From an uncultured Verrucomicrobiota bacterium (GTDB lineage: Bacteria; Verrucomicrobiota; Kiritimatiellia; CAIVKH01), in the NCBI GenBank assembly GCA_964470065.1, contig CAYYAR010000018.1, positions 4,960 through 68,959 of the forward strand: DNA of 64,000 bases. The letters are read 5' to 3'. The translations under genes and the position numbers were made by a program. The first letter of the stretch is position 1. Every line of letters starts with the position of its first letter. This document shows positions 1 to 10,497 of the stretch, one piece after another. The notes beneath the pieces were generated by a model that was not told where the DNA came from, made no database searches, and worked only from the letters and a program-made list of their open reading frames with translations.

Positions 1-2659
1 AGGTCATGGATTTGAAGATATCGAAATTGGTGGCCGCCGCACCCGAGGCGTTGAACCACGATTGGTAGGCGCCATCGTTCTCATCCGCCAGAAACGCGCT
101 CCACGCCGCCACGGTGCCGGCTTTATTCCAATTCGCCGCGACCGGCGCGGATATCGTGTTCGCCAGGTAAATGAAATGATCGTTCCCCTCGCCGGCATCC
201 TGCGTGGCCACGTAAAGGAAGTTTTTCCGGATGGCGGCATGCAGAATCAGGCCATTTGTGGCGCGGCCCCACGCGGCATCATCGAGCAGCCCGTCGATGG
301 CGAAGGGATGATCGATGTCGATATGATGCGTGTCGATCACTTCGCCAAGATCGTTGATTTGTTCGATGCGCATCCGGCCGCCCTCCACCTCCATCATCAT
401 GTATGAGTGACGCTCGTTGTAGAGCCGGGCCGAGTAATCCTTGCGGGCCGTGTACGGGTACAGCCAGGCGCCCGAACCACCGATCGTGAAGTACGTCGTG
501 CCATCGACGGGATTCATGCGTTCATACCAGTGGTTATGACCCTGGAGCACCACATGAACACCGCGGGCCTTTAAGATTGGTACGATGTGTTGCTTCACGC
601 GCGCGTTGTCATCGTGACCACTAGGATCGCCCCGCGTGGTGAAGGGCGGGCGGTGCAAAATGACCACGCGCCACTGCTGCGTCGCGGCGGCGAGATTGGC
701 GGAGAGCCACGCGTTGATTTCATTCATCGTGGCCGTGGTGTTGTCTTCGTAGGGCTCGGTGTCGATCACCGCCACATGCATGTTGCCGAATTCGAACGAA
801 TAGTTTTTTTCGAGATGATTCGCCGGACCATTCGTGGGCAGGTGAAAGTAATCGACCATGTATTGCCCGTTGGCCGTATCCCAGTCGTGATTGCCCAGCG
901 CCGGAAATGTCACGGCGCGCTGCATGGCCGGACCGTATAACTGGAACCAGAAAGGATCGTACCATCCAGGCGCGCCATCGGCATTGCAGGCGGTGCCATA
1001 CGCAGCACCGTATATATTATCGCCGACGGTAAAGACTCCGTCGATGTCGTTGCGTTGGTTGATGAGGTTCGCGACGGCATACATACCCGGCGATCCTTGG
1101 CCGTGGTCGCCGATGATGGCCAGCCGGAATGATTGATCGGCGGCGGGCCGCGTGCGGAATGTGCCGGCATGCAGAATTTCCCCATTGCCGCGAACACGAT
1201 AGAAGTAACTCGTGCCCGGTTGCAGACCGGAAAGGTGAATCACATGTTCGCGCTTGGGTGTGCCATTGGAAATGGTTCCGCCGGAATATCCCGCATCCAA
1301 ACCATAATCGACAACGCTGTCCACTTCGGCGGCGGTGTTCCACGCGATGGCAGCGGCATTCCCTGCGTTGGGCATCTGGATGAATGGCCCGCGAACCAGC
1401 GCGGCGTTCGTGTATAGCTCCACGATCAGCGTAAAATCACTGCTGTTGGTTGTTACGTTGTGGCCGGATACCGCGATGACGTTGGTGCCGGCGACCAGTA
1501 GCGACGGGTTGATGGCGATGAATGATTTCGGATTCGGATTTGATCCTTTTTCGCCACGCGAAGCTTCACGGGCAGACAGCGCCGGGTTGGTCCGCGAAAA
1601 TGGGCCGGACGGAAGATTCAGTCGCGCCACTTCGGTTCCATTCAAAAACACGATCGTACCGTCATCATAATCCATGCCGAGCGATAGCTTGTTAATCGAG
1701 GCCGGTTGGTCGACCACGAACGGACGGCGAATGAACAAATTGAGGTACCCGTTTTGCATGTCGACCAGTTCGGTGTTGTCGTCGCAATCGCCATAGCCAA
1801 ATCCGGAAGGCGACGGAGCCGACCATCCGCTGTCATCGAATGAGCGATGGAACCATTGGTTGGTGCCTTGATCCGGTGGCGTCGATGTTCCTTTATAGTA
1901 GCGCCACCAATCGCCCTCGCGGATGGAGGGCCCGGGCGGGCGGTATCCGGGAGCGGAAATCGAGACGTTGTCCAGGAAAGCATCATTTCCGCCACCGGTT
2001 GGTCCGCGCATCATGAACGCAATCGATTGGATGGGCTCTAGATTCAGACCCGAGGTCCAGAATCCATTCGTACTGAAGTGGGTTCCGGCATTTTGATTGC
2101 TGATCGAAAACGAATACGCGCGCGATGCGGGGTTAAGCGAGGCGGAGACGTGGTAGATAGCACCGTTCGAAAAGGTCACCGCAGAGCTCTGTCGATTCGT
2201 GCCGTCGAACCACTGGAAATTGTTATTACCGGCGGCGAAGAAAAAGGACAGCCGCTGGTCGGCGAAATGGCTGGCTCCATTGCCCGCGCGGATCGTGAAG
2301 GCCATGCGGCGCAAATTGAATGGAATGTTGGTGCTGGTGGCGTTGAAATTGCCACGCATGCTGAATGAGATGTTGAGGGTATTGGTGGTCGGCGGAAACG
2401 CCCGGCGCACGGATGTCCCCAAATTGCTCGCGGCGCCCCACAAAGCGAAGCTCTTCATCCCGCCGACAAAATTGCTGTCGTTCAGATACGAGCCGCCGGC
2501 GTATTCGGAATTGGTCGTCCATGGCCCGGCCCAATCACCGCTACCACCGGATTGGCTCAATGGACTTCCGGAGTATGACTCAAAGTCGTCCGTTGCGAGC
2601 AACTGCGCTCGCGCCGCCACGCTGCAAAACATCAATAGAACCGATGCAAATAATTTCAC
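1..2659 (-). CDS. Secreted metallophosphoesterase (purple-acid-phosphatase-like), 5'-partial at window edge. GTG start at 2659 with an alternative ATG at 2632.
   Basis: Hand translation of the minus strand gives a signal peptide (MKLFASVLLMFCSVAARAQ) and in-frame metallophosphatase motifs: IIGDHG (~1090), VGDNIY (~1030) and GNHDW (~885). The frame was verified at several points. It is not in the ORF track because there is no stop inside the window and the start is GTG. Confidence 0.55.
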   Translation of the reverse strand, partial: MKLFASVLLMFCSVAARAQLLATDDFESYSGSPLSQSGGSGDWAGPWTTNSEYAGGSYLNDSNFVGGMKSFALWGAASNLGTSVRRAFPPTTNTLNISFSMRGNFNATSTNIPFNLRRMAFTIRAGNGASHFADQRLSFFFAAGNNNFQWFDGTNRQSSAVTFSNGAIYHVSASLNPASRAYSFSISNQNAGTHFSTNGFWTSGLNLEPIQSIAFMMRGPTGGGNDAFLDNVSISAPGYRPPGPSIREGDWWRYYKGTSTPPDQGTNQWFHRSFDDSGWSAPSPSGFGYGDCDDNTELVDMQNGYLNLFIRRPFVVDQPASINKLSLGMDYDDGTIVFLNGTEVARLNLPSGPFSRTNPALSAREASRGEKGSNPNPKSFIAINPSLLVAGTNVIAVSGHNVTTNSSDFTLIVELYTNAALVRGPFIQMPNAGNAAAIAWNTAAEVDSVVDYGLDAGYSGGTISNGTPKREHVIHLSGLQPGTSYFYRVRGNGEILHAGTFRTRPAADQSFRLAIIGDHGQGSPGMYAVANLINQRNDIDGVFTVGDNIYGAAYGTACNADGAPGWYDPFWFQLYGPAMQRAVTFPALGNHDWDTANGQYMVDYFHLPTNGPANHLEKNYSFEFGNMHVAVIDTEPYEDNTTATMNEINAWLSANLAAATQQWRVVILHRPPFTTRGDPSGHDDNARVKQHIVPILKARGVHVVLQGHNHWYERMNPVDGTTYFTIGGSGAWLYPYTARKDYSARLYNERHSYMMMEVEGGRMRIEQINDLGEVIDTHHIDIDHPFAIDGLLDDAAWGRATNGLILHAAIRKNFLYVATQDAGEGNDHFIYLANTISAPVAANWNKAGTVAAWSAFLADENDGAYQSWFNASGAAATNFDIFKSMT

Positions 2660-2710
2660 AGGTTAAACCTAAACCACAGGAAATGATTTGTAAAAACGTC
2701 GCATCGCTCC

Positions 2711-2744
2711 AAAAAGAACCCCGGAGGTAGCCCTCCGGGGTTTG
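2711..2744 (-). terminator. Rho-independent terminator of uup: 9-bp perfect stem CCCCGGAGG/CCTCCGGGG, loop TAGC, then TTCTTTTT on the minus strand.
   Basis: Perfect inverted repeat at 2719-2740 with the U-tract on the minus strand, downstream of the uup stop. Confidence 0.55.
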
Positions 2745-2780
2745 TCGTTAAAGGATGTTGGGGACATAGCCGCTATGTCC

Positions 2781-2873
2781 AAAGTTCCAGTTATTGGAAA
2801 AACAATGTCTAAAAAGTTCATGTCGTTGAAAACAACGACTTGCGACGGTCACAACTTCTGTGTCCCCGTCGCT
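2781..2873 (+). repeat. Intergenic element copy A (~93 bp). It carries palindromes TTCCAGTTATTGGAA and TTCATGTCGTTGAA, then CAACGACTTGCG, then the 3' box CACAACTTCTGTGTCCCCGTCG. Immediately 5' of it is the palindrome GGACATAGCCGCTATGTCC (2761-2779).
   Basis: ~70% identical to copy B at 4821-4912. The 3' box is shared with copies at 4723-4745 and 10437-10462. Confidence 0.5.
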
Positions 2874-2880
2874 TTCCGCC

Positions 2881-4656
2881 TCACGCCCTGGCTTCGAGTT
2901 CGGCCCAGCGGTTGATCGCACGCTCGAGGTCGTCATTGAGCGCCGCGAGGCGGTCGGTGGCACGGCGGACTTCATCGGCCGGTCGTTTGAAAAACGCGGG
3001 ATCGGCGAGCGCAGCGTCTAGCTCCTTGATCTCCGCCTCCATCGCCTCGATGCGGCCGGGCAACTCGCCAAGCTCTTTCCGCTCTTTCATCGATAGCTTC
3101 TGCGGTTTTTCCGGCGACGACGCGGGTGATTTGGCGGTGTCGGCAGTTCCGGTATTTGCGGCCGGCCGCGCCCGCTGGCGCAACCAATCGTCGTATCCGC
3201 CGGCATATTCGGCGATGCGGCCGCTTCCCTCAAATACGAGCGTGCTGGTGACCACGTTGTTGATAAAGGCGCGGTCGTGACTAACCAACAGCAAGGTTCC
3301 GTCGTGCTCGACCAGCAAGTCCTCTAAAAGCTCCAGCGTCTCGGCGTCGAGGTCATTGGTCGGCTCATCCATGACCAGCACGTTAAAGGGCCGCGTGAAA
3401 AGACGGGCGAGGAGGAGCCGGTTGCGCTCGCCACCGGAGAGCGCCCGCACCGGCGTACGCGAACGTTCCGGCGCGAAGAGAAAATCCTCGAGGTAACTCA
3501 TGATGTGGCGGCGCTTGCCGTTGAAGGTGACGTAGTCGCTCTCGCCGCAAGCGTTTTCGGCGACGGAGCGGGTGTCGTCGAGCCGTTCGCGGTGCTGGTC
3601 GAAATACGCAACCTCGAGATTGGTGCCGTGTTCGACGGAGCCTTGTTGCGGAGCCAACTGCCCGAGGAGGAGCTTGAGTAACGTGGTTTTGCCGCAACCG
3701 TTCGGACCGATGATGCCGACCTTGTCGCCCCGCATGATCTGGGTGGTGAGTCCGCTGACGACAGGCACGTCGCCCCACGCGTAGGAAATGTTGTCGGCGG
3801 TGATGACCTTGCGCCCGCTGAGCGCGAAGGTCTGGATGTGCATCTGGACGGATCCTGTTCGCTCGCGCCGTTGGCTCCGTTCGAGGCGCATGCGTTCGAG
3901 GGCGTGTACGCGGCCCTGTGCGCGAGTGCGACGGGCCTTGACGCCCTGACGAATCCACGTTTCTTCCTGCGCGAGTTTTTTGTCGAACAGGGCGTTGAGC
4001 TTTTCCTCGGCTTCGAGTTGTTCCTGGCGCAACGCGAGGTAGCGGTCGTATGGAAAATTCCAACTGGTGAGCTTGCCGCGATCGAGCTCAACGATGCGCG
4101 TGGCGAGGCGGCGCAGGAACGCGCGGTCATGGGTGATGAATAGGAGCGCGCCACGATAACGCAGGAGAAAACTTTCCAGCCATTCGATGGACTCAAGGTC
4201 GAGGTGGTTGGTGGGCTCGTCGAGCAGGAGCACATCCGGCTCGCGCACGAGCGCCTGGGCGAGCAGGGCCCGGCGCTTTTGTCCGCCGGAGAGCGCGGCG
4301 AAGGGGTCCTCTTCGCGCAGGCCCATGCGGGCGATGACGGTGGAGGCGCGCTGTTCCGCCTCCCAATCGTCCAGTCCCGGCGGTATGCCCTCCATCACGA
4401 CATCGTGAACGGTGCCGGGCATGTCCCGCGGCACGGATTGCGGCAAAAAACCGATGCGCACCCCGGCCTGTGCGATGATCTCGCCCCGGTCGGGTTTTTC
4501 TGTTCCGGTGATCAGGCGCAAGAGGGTGGACTTGCCTTCGCCATTGCGCCCGACCAGACAGATGCGCTCACCGCTTTCGATTTGAAGCGACGCGTCGTCG
4601 AGCAGGAGCGGCCCGCCGTAGGCCATGCTGAGGTGTTGAGCGCTGACAAGTGCCAT
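2881..4656 (-). CDS. uup: ABC-F family ATPase, Uup-like. Two ABC cassettes plus a C-terminal coiled-coil domain.
   Basis: Two Walker A/B plus LSGG signature cassettes. N-terminus MALVSAQHLSMAYGG...ICLVGRNGEGKSTLL aligns to E. coli Uup, and a C-terminal coiled coil is present. Start moved to the internal ATG at 4656 by homology. Confidence 0.8.
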   Translation of the reverse strand: MALVSAQHLSMAYGGPLLLDDASLQIESGERICLVGRNGEGKSTLLRLITGTEKPDRGEIIAQAGVRIGFLPQSVPRDMPGTVHDVVMEGIPPGLDDWEAEQRASTVIARMGLREEDPFAALSGGQKRRALLAQALVREPDVLLLDEPTNHLDLESIEWLESFLLRYRGALLFITHDRAFLRRLATRIVELDRGKLTSWNFPYDRYLALRQEQLEAEEKLNALFDKKLAQEETWIRQGVKARRTRAQGRVHALERMRLERSQRRERTGSVQMHIQTFALSGRKVITADNISYAWGDVPVVSGLTTQIMRGDKVGIIGPNGCGKTTLLKLLLGQLAPQQGSVEHGTNLEVAYFDQHRERLDDTRSVAENACGESDYVTFNGKRRHIMSYLEDFLFAPERSRTPVRALSGGERNRLLLARLFTRPFNVLVMDEPTNDLDAETLELLEDLLVEHDGTLLLVSHDRAFINNVVTSTLVFEGSGRIAEYAGGYDDWLRQRARPAANTGTADTAKSPASSPEKPQKLSMKERKELGELPGRIEAMEAEIKELDAALADPAFFKRPADEVRRATDRLAALNDDLERAINRWAELEARA

Positions 4657-4820
4657 AAGTTTGTTTCGTAAACGAGGGCGGAGCATGCAGAACGGGCGTC
4701 GGCTTGTCGCGGAAAATCGCGCCTGCCACAACTTCTATGTCCCCGTCATTTTCTACCGATTGAAAAACGTTTGGGAGGGCGAGGCTCCCGCCGAGCCGCC
4801 GATGATGCCCGGAATTTTGC

Positions 4821-4912
4821 CGAAAGTTCCAATCATGGGAAACGCGCCTCCCAAAAAGCTCCAATCGTTGGAAATCAACGACTTGCGCCTGACACAGTTT
4901 CTATGTCCCCAT
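4821..4912 (+). repeat. Intergenic element copy B (~92 bp): TTCCAATCATGGGAA ... TCCAATCGTTGGA ... CAACGACTTGCG ... CACAGTTTCTATGTCCCCATCG. A partial copy C (3' box only) lies at 4715-4745.
   Basis: Direct-orientation homolog of copy A, so the two flank uup. A 3'-box consensus is shared across A, B, C and D: CA(C/A)A(A/G)(C/T)TTCT(A/G)TGTCCCC(A/G)TC. Confidence 0.5.
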
Positions 4913-4939
4913 CGTGTTACCAACGCGCGCGCGAAGGGT

Positions 4940-5094
4940 GCCGAGATCCCTCGACTGCGGCGCGAAGCGCGCCTGCGCTCGACCCGCCGTAGGCGGATCC
5001 GCCTCTGGCGGGGATGACGGTAGGGTTAATTCTGTGCGTTCCGTAATTCCCCGGTCATTTCGAGCGCAGCGAAGCGGAGTCGAGAAATCTCGGC
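4940..5094. repeat. Hairpin (MITE-like) repeat unit 1. X arm GCCGAGATCCCTCGACT...CTTCGCTCGAC (4940-4984), internal GC-rich stem-loops (CCGCCGTAGGCGG, CCGCCTCTGGCGG), and inverse Y arm GGTCATTTCGAGCGCAGCGAAGCGGAGTCGAGAAATCTCGGC (5053-5094).
   Basis: The X and Y arms are imperfect reverse complements of each other. The same arms recur at 5232-5275, 5651-5847 and 5872-5972, and a mini hairpin GAGACCCCTCGACTTCGCTCGGGGTGAC sits at 5126-5154. Confidence 0.7.
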
Positions 5095-5231
5095 ATCAGT
5101 CAGATACGCCTTCTTTTGAAATAACGAGACCCCTCGACTTCGCTCGGGGTGACCCGTTAAGCAATGTGCCTTTTTCTGGCGAGCCAATTGAAGTAGCGCC
5201 GATAAGACTCAGCAGGTTGTAAGGTAAGATA

Positions 5232-5275
5232 GGTGTCATTTCGAGCGGAGCGAAGCGGAGTCGAGAAATCTCGAC
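5232..5275. repeat. Solo Y-type repeat arm (GGTGTCATTTCGAGCGGAGCGAAGCGGAGTCGAGAAATCTCGAC), 37 bp upstream of the GIY-YIG gene.
   Basis: Near-identical to the Y arms at 5053-5094, 5806-5847 and 5932-5972. Confidence 0.7.
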
Positions 5276-5312
5276 ACTTGCCAATCACGCTCGCCCTTCT
5301 ATCCTCGCGCTC

Positions 5313-5648
5313 ATGTCCGACTATTTCGTTTACATCATGGCCAACAAAAGCCGATCGACCCTCTACATCGGCGTGACGAACGGACTGACCAAGCGCGTGT
5401 TGCAGCATCGCAAGGGAGAAGGCGATGGTTTTACGGCCCGCTATCACTGCGATCGCCTGGTGTTTTTTGAGCGATTCCATAAACCGTCCGATGCCATCGC
5501 TCGGGAGAAGCAATTGAAACGTTGGAGCAGAACCAAGAAAGACGCGCTGATTGCCGGCTTGAATCCGCAAGGTGAGGATTTATCGGTTTCGGTGCTGGGG
5601 CTGGACCTGCCGGTGGGGAGGCCGTGGTCGCCACCAACGCGCGCGTGA
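5313..5648 (+). CDS. Small GIY-YIG domain nuclease (YhbQ/UPF0213-like), 111 aa.
   Basis: YFVYIMANKSRSTLYIGVT (GIY...YIG), then a conserved R (KRVLQHRKG) and E (AREKQLKRWSR), matching the GIY-YIG core. The gene lies between inverse repeat arms Y (5232-5275) and X (5651-5698). Its C-terminal tail reads into the repeat. Confidence 0.8.
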   Translation: MSDYFVYIMANKSRSTLYIGVTNGLTKRVLQHRKGEGDGFTARYHCDRLVFFERFHKPSDAIAREKQLKRWSRTKKDALIAGLNPQGEDLSVSVLGLDLPVGRPWSPPTRA

Positions 5649-5650
5649 TG

Positions 5651-5847
5651 GTTGCCGAGATCCCTCGACTTCGGCGCGCAGCGCACCTTCGCTCGACCCG
5701 CCGTAGGCGGATCCGCCTCTGGCGGGGATGACGGTGAGGCTAATTCTCCGGTCATTTCGAAAAACCTCATCGGCCCGTGGCCGATTGGCTCGCTGGAAAG
5801 AACCCGGTCAATTCGAGCGCAGCGAAGCGGAGTCGAGAAATCTCGGC
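5651..5847. repeat. Hairpin repeat unit 3 (X arm 5651-5698 ... Y arm 5806-5847). A ~50-bp insertion interrupts the Y arm (Y start at 5750-5760, resumed at 5806).
   Basis: Same X/Y arms and the same internal CCGCCGTAGGCGGATCCGCCTCTGGCGGGGATGACGGT segment as unit 1. Confidence 0.7.
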
Positions 5848-5871
5848 ATTCACCAAGCACGCTTGCTTCGT

Positions 5872-5972
5872 GGTTGCCGAGATCTCTCGACTTCGGCGCG
5901 ACGACGCGCCTTCGCTCGAGATGACTGATTCGTCATTTCGAGCGGAGCGAAGCGGAGTCGAGAAATCTCAGC
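5872..5972. repeat. Compact hairpin repeat unit 4: X arm (5872-5919), 11-nt loop ATGACTGATTC, then Y arm (5932-5972). This is probably the basic ~100-bp form of the family.
   Basis: The X and Y arms are directly juxtaposed, so the unit can fold as a long imperfect hairpin. Confidence 0.7.
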
Positions 5973-6183
5973 ACCCGCGAATCAACCCTTCACGACCCGG
6001 ACACCTTCGCGTCACCCGCGAAATAAGGGAAACAAGGGGACAGAGAGTGAAAATTGACACACGTGTGCGACATTTTGGCGCTATTTTATGCAGATAAATA
6101 ATTCCATTTTCGCGAGCATAAAAATACATAAGCGAAACTCTATCAATGCGTTATGCATTAATCTTTGAATGAATTTCGCGCAC

Positions 6184-6200
6184 TTGGCATGGTCACTGCT
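6184..6200 (+). promoter_or_regulatory. Candidate sigma-54-type -24/-12 element TTGGCATGGTCACTGCTT, ~45 nt upstream of the dnaK ATG. An overlapping sigma-32-like reading is also possible (TTGAAT-N14-TGGCATGG). No CIRCE operator is present.
   Basis: GG and GC dinucleotides fall at the canonical 10-nt spacing of TGGCAC-N5-TTGCW. This is pattern match only. Confidence 0.25.
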
Positions 6201-6244
6201 TATCTGTTAGCCGAACAAATCAATTTACACGTGAGGGTATTACA

Positions 6245-8188
6245 ATGGCAAAAGTTTTAGGTATCGATTTGGGCACGACGAACTCCTGTATGTCGATTAT
6301 GGAGGGCGGCGAGCCGGTCGTCGTTCCGAATGTGGAAGGTGGACGCACCACCCCGTCCATCGTGGCGTTTTCGAAGAGCGGCGAGCGTCTGGTCGGTCAG
6401 GCAGCGAAACGCCAGGCGGTGACGAACCCGAAAAACACCATCTTCTCCGTGAAGCGTTTCATGGGCCGCAAATTTGATGAAATCTCGGAAGAGAAGAAGC
6501 GCGTTCCTTATGAAGTGGTGAAGGCCTCCAATGGCGACGCCCACGTGAAGATCGGCGACAAGGTCTACTCGCCCCCGGAAATTTCGGCGATGATTTTGCA
6601 GAAGCTGAAAACCGACGCCGAAGCCTACCTTGGTGAAAAAATCACCCAGGCCATCATCACCGTCCCCGCGTATTTTAACGACTCGCAGCGCCAAGCGACC
6701 AAGGACGCCGGCAAGATTGCCGGGCTCGAGGTACTCCGCATCATCAACGAGCCCACTTCCTCATCGCTGGCTTACGGCCTGGAGAAGAAGAAAGAGGAAA
6801 AAATTGCCGTGTATGACCTCGGAGGCGGAACGTTCGATATCTCCGTCCTCGAAATCGGCGACGGCGTGTTCGAGGTGAAGGCCACCAACGGTGACACCCA
6901 CCTCGGCGGCGACGATTTTGACGAGCGCATCATCGAATGGCTCATCACCGAATTCAGGAAGGAGAACGGCATCGACCTCTCGAAGGACCCGATGGCCCTC
7001 CAGCGCCTGAAAGAGGCCGCCGAGAAAGCGAAGTGTGAACTTTCCAGCTCACAGCAGACCGAAATCAACCTCCCCTTCATCACCGCCGACGCGAGCGGAC
7101 CAAAGCATCTCACCGTCACGCTGACCCGCGCGAAACTGGAGCAACTGGTCGATGACCTCGTTCAACGTTCACTCAAGCCGGTGGAAAACTGCCTGCGCGA
7201 CGCCGGCCTCTCCGCCTCGCAGATCGATGAAGTTATTCTCGTCGGCGGTATGACCCGCATGCCCAAGGTGCAGGAAATGGTGCAAAAGTTTTTCAGCAAG
7301 GAGCCGCACAAGGGCGTGAACCCGGACGAAGTCGTCGCGGTCGGCGCCGGCATCCAGGGCGGCGTGCTCAAAGGCGAAGTGAAGGATGTGTTGCTCCTCG
7401 ACGTCACCCCGCTGACCCTCGGCATCGAAACGCTCGGCGGCATCTTCACGCCGCTAATCGAGCGCAACACGACGATCCCGACCAAGAAGAGCGAAATTTT
7501 CAGCACCGCCGCCGACAACCAGCCGCAAGTGGAAATCCATGTGCTGCAGGGCGAGCGCAAGATGGCCGGCGACAACAAGACGATTGGCCGCTTCGGCCTC
7601 TCCGGCATCGCCCCGGCCCCGCGCGGCGTTCCGCAAATTGAAGTGACGTTCGATATCGACGCGAACGGCATCTTGCACGTCACGGCCAAGGATCTCGGCA
7701 CCGGCAAGGAACAGAAAATCACCATCACCGCAAACAGCGGACTCTCCGACGACGAGATCAAGAAGATGGTGAAGGACGCCGAAGCCCACGCCACGGAAGA
7801 TCAGAAGAAGCGCGACGGCATCGAGTCGAAAAACCGCGCCGATGCCATGACCTACGAAGCGGAAAAATTCATCAAGGAGAATGGCGACAAGATTTCATCC
7901 GACAACAAATCGAAGGTCGAGACATCCATTGCCAAGATGAAGGAAACCATCAAGACCGAGGATCCGGACCGGATCAAAACGGACCTCGAGGCGTTGACCC
8001 AGGCGATGCAAGCCGCTGGCTCCGAGCTGTACAGCAAGACCCAGCAGCAGCCACCGCCCCCGGGTGCGGGTCCGCAAGCCGGCCCCGCCGATGCGGGCGC
8101 TTCAGGCGCAGGCAACCAGGCCGATGCCGGCAAGGAAAAAGTCATCGATGCGGACTTCACCATGGTCGATGACGACAAGAAGAAATAA
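6245..8188 (+). CDS. dnaK: Molecular chaperone DnaK (Hsp70)
   Basis: 647 aa with Hsp70 signatures: [28 protein letters not shown] Gly/Pro/Ala-rich tail precedes the C-terminus. Confidence 0.97.
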   Translation: MAKVLGIDLGTTNSCMSIMEGGEPVVVPNVEGGRTTPSIVAFSKSGERLVGQAAKRQAVTNPKNTIFSVKRFMGRKFDEISEEKKRVPYEVVKASNGDAHVKIGDKVYSPPEISAMILQKLKTDAEAYLGEKITQAIITVPAYFNDSQRQATKDAGKIAGLEVLRIINEPTSSSLAYGLEKKKEEKIAVYDLGGGTFDISVLEIGDGVFEVKATNGDTHLGGDDFDERIIEWLITEFRKENGIDLSKDPMALQRLKEAAEKAKCELSSSQQTEINLPFITADASGPKHLTVTLTRAKLEQLVDDLVQRSLKPVENCLRDAGLSASQIDEVILVGGMTRMPKVQEMVQKFFSKEPHKGVNPDEVVAVGAGIQGGVLKGEVKDVLLLDVTPLTLGIETLGGIFTPLIERNTTIPTKKSEIFSTAADNQPQVEIHVLQGERKMAGDNKTIGRFGLSGIAPAPRGVPQIEVTFDIDANGILHVTAKDLGTGKEQKITITANSGLSDDEIKKMVKDAEAHATEDQKKRDGIESKNRADAMTYEAEKFIKENGDKISSDNKSKVETSIAKMKETIKTEDPDRIKTDLEALTQAMQAAGSELYSKTQQQPPPPGAGPQAGPADAGASGAGNQADAGKEKVIDADFTMVDDDKKK

Positions 8189-8272
8189 GCAATTTCAGCG
8201 TGCGGCCGGGCGGGTGCCCCCGCGCGCTGGTTTCATGTCAACCACCTATAAGAAAGAAGGAGTAATAAACGC

Positions 8273-8560
8273 ATGAAGATACAACCACTGGCCGACCGCG
8301 TGCTGGTCGAGCCTCTCAAGGAAGCGGAAGTCAACAAGGGCGGCATCATCATTCCCGATACGGCAAAAGAGAAGCCGCAGCAGGGCACGGTGATCGCTGT
8401 GGGCACCGGCAAGATTGACGATAAAGGCCACAAGATTCCCTTCAATGTCAAGAAGGGCGACAAAGTGTTGATGCCGAAATACGGCGGCACCGAAGTCAAG
8501 ATCGACGGCAGGGAATACCAGATCATGCGCGAGGAAGATATCCTCGGCATCATTGACTAA
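8273..8560 (+). CDS. groES: Co-chaperonin GroES
   Basis: 95 aa; [12 protein letters not shown]...GTGKI...GDKVL is typical of Cpn10. It lies 28 bp upstream of groEL. Confidence 0.95.
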   Translation: MKIQPLADRVLVEPLKEAEVNKGGIIIPDTAKEKPQQGTVIAVGTGKIDDKGHKIPFNVKKGDKVLMPKYGGTEVKIDGREYQIMREEDILGIID

Positions 8561-8573
8561 TACATTTCATTAA

Positions 8574-10220
<1,647 letters not shown>

Positions 10221-10252
10221 GCTGCACAGCCGCTGACATAGCGGCTTGATTA

Positions 10253-10296
10253 ACCGGCCTGCGTTAAAAGCGCGGGCCGGTTTTTTGTTTTTTTGG
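10253..10296 (+). terminator. Rho-independent terminator after groEL: stem CCGGCCTGCG / CGCGGGCCGG, then TTTTTTGTTTTTTT.
   Basis: GC-rich hairpin followed by a long T-tract, 30 bp after the groEL stop. Confidence 0.7.
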
Positions 10297-10497
10297 GGTG
10301 GGCCCGCGAATGACACGATGACGCCACGACCTGGTGACGCGATTGCGCGGCGACTTTTGGGGCTGCGCTCAACATCCGAAATGTAAAAGACCTCCGGCCC
10401 ATTGAAGTGTACGCGTCCTGATTCCGGCGTCACCGCGTCAATACGTCTATGTCCCCATTCCGGTTTACAAACCGGCAAGGCGGTGTATCTTATCCGT

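Noticed and set aside
3383-4235. 226-aa and 245-aa minus-strand ORFs in alternative frames.
   Set aside because: Nested inside uup in other frames. uup has full ABC-F motif support.
4940-5972. CRISPR array, suggested by repeated ~40-nt units (GTCATTTCGAGCGCAGCGAAGCGGAGTCGAGAAATCTCGGC).
   Set aside because: Spacing is irregular (about 120, 180 and 575 bp). The supposed spacers contain the inverse complement of the repeat and other shared modules. No cas genes are present. The structure is that of hairpin MITE-like units, not a repeat-spacer array.
5652-6097. Three overlapping plus-strand ORFs of 66-106 aa.
   Set aside because: They are read entirely through the palindromic repeat units (peptides such as SRNLG/ERSGVEKS recur), with no RBS or homology. 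They are repeat-derived.
6000-8272. CIRCE/HrcA operator upstream of dnaK or groES.
   Set aside because: Searched for TTAGCACTC-N9-GAGTGCTAA-like inverted repeats. None is present in either leader.
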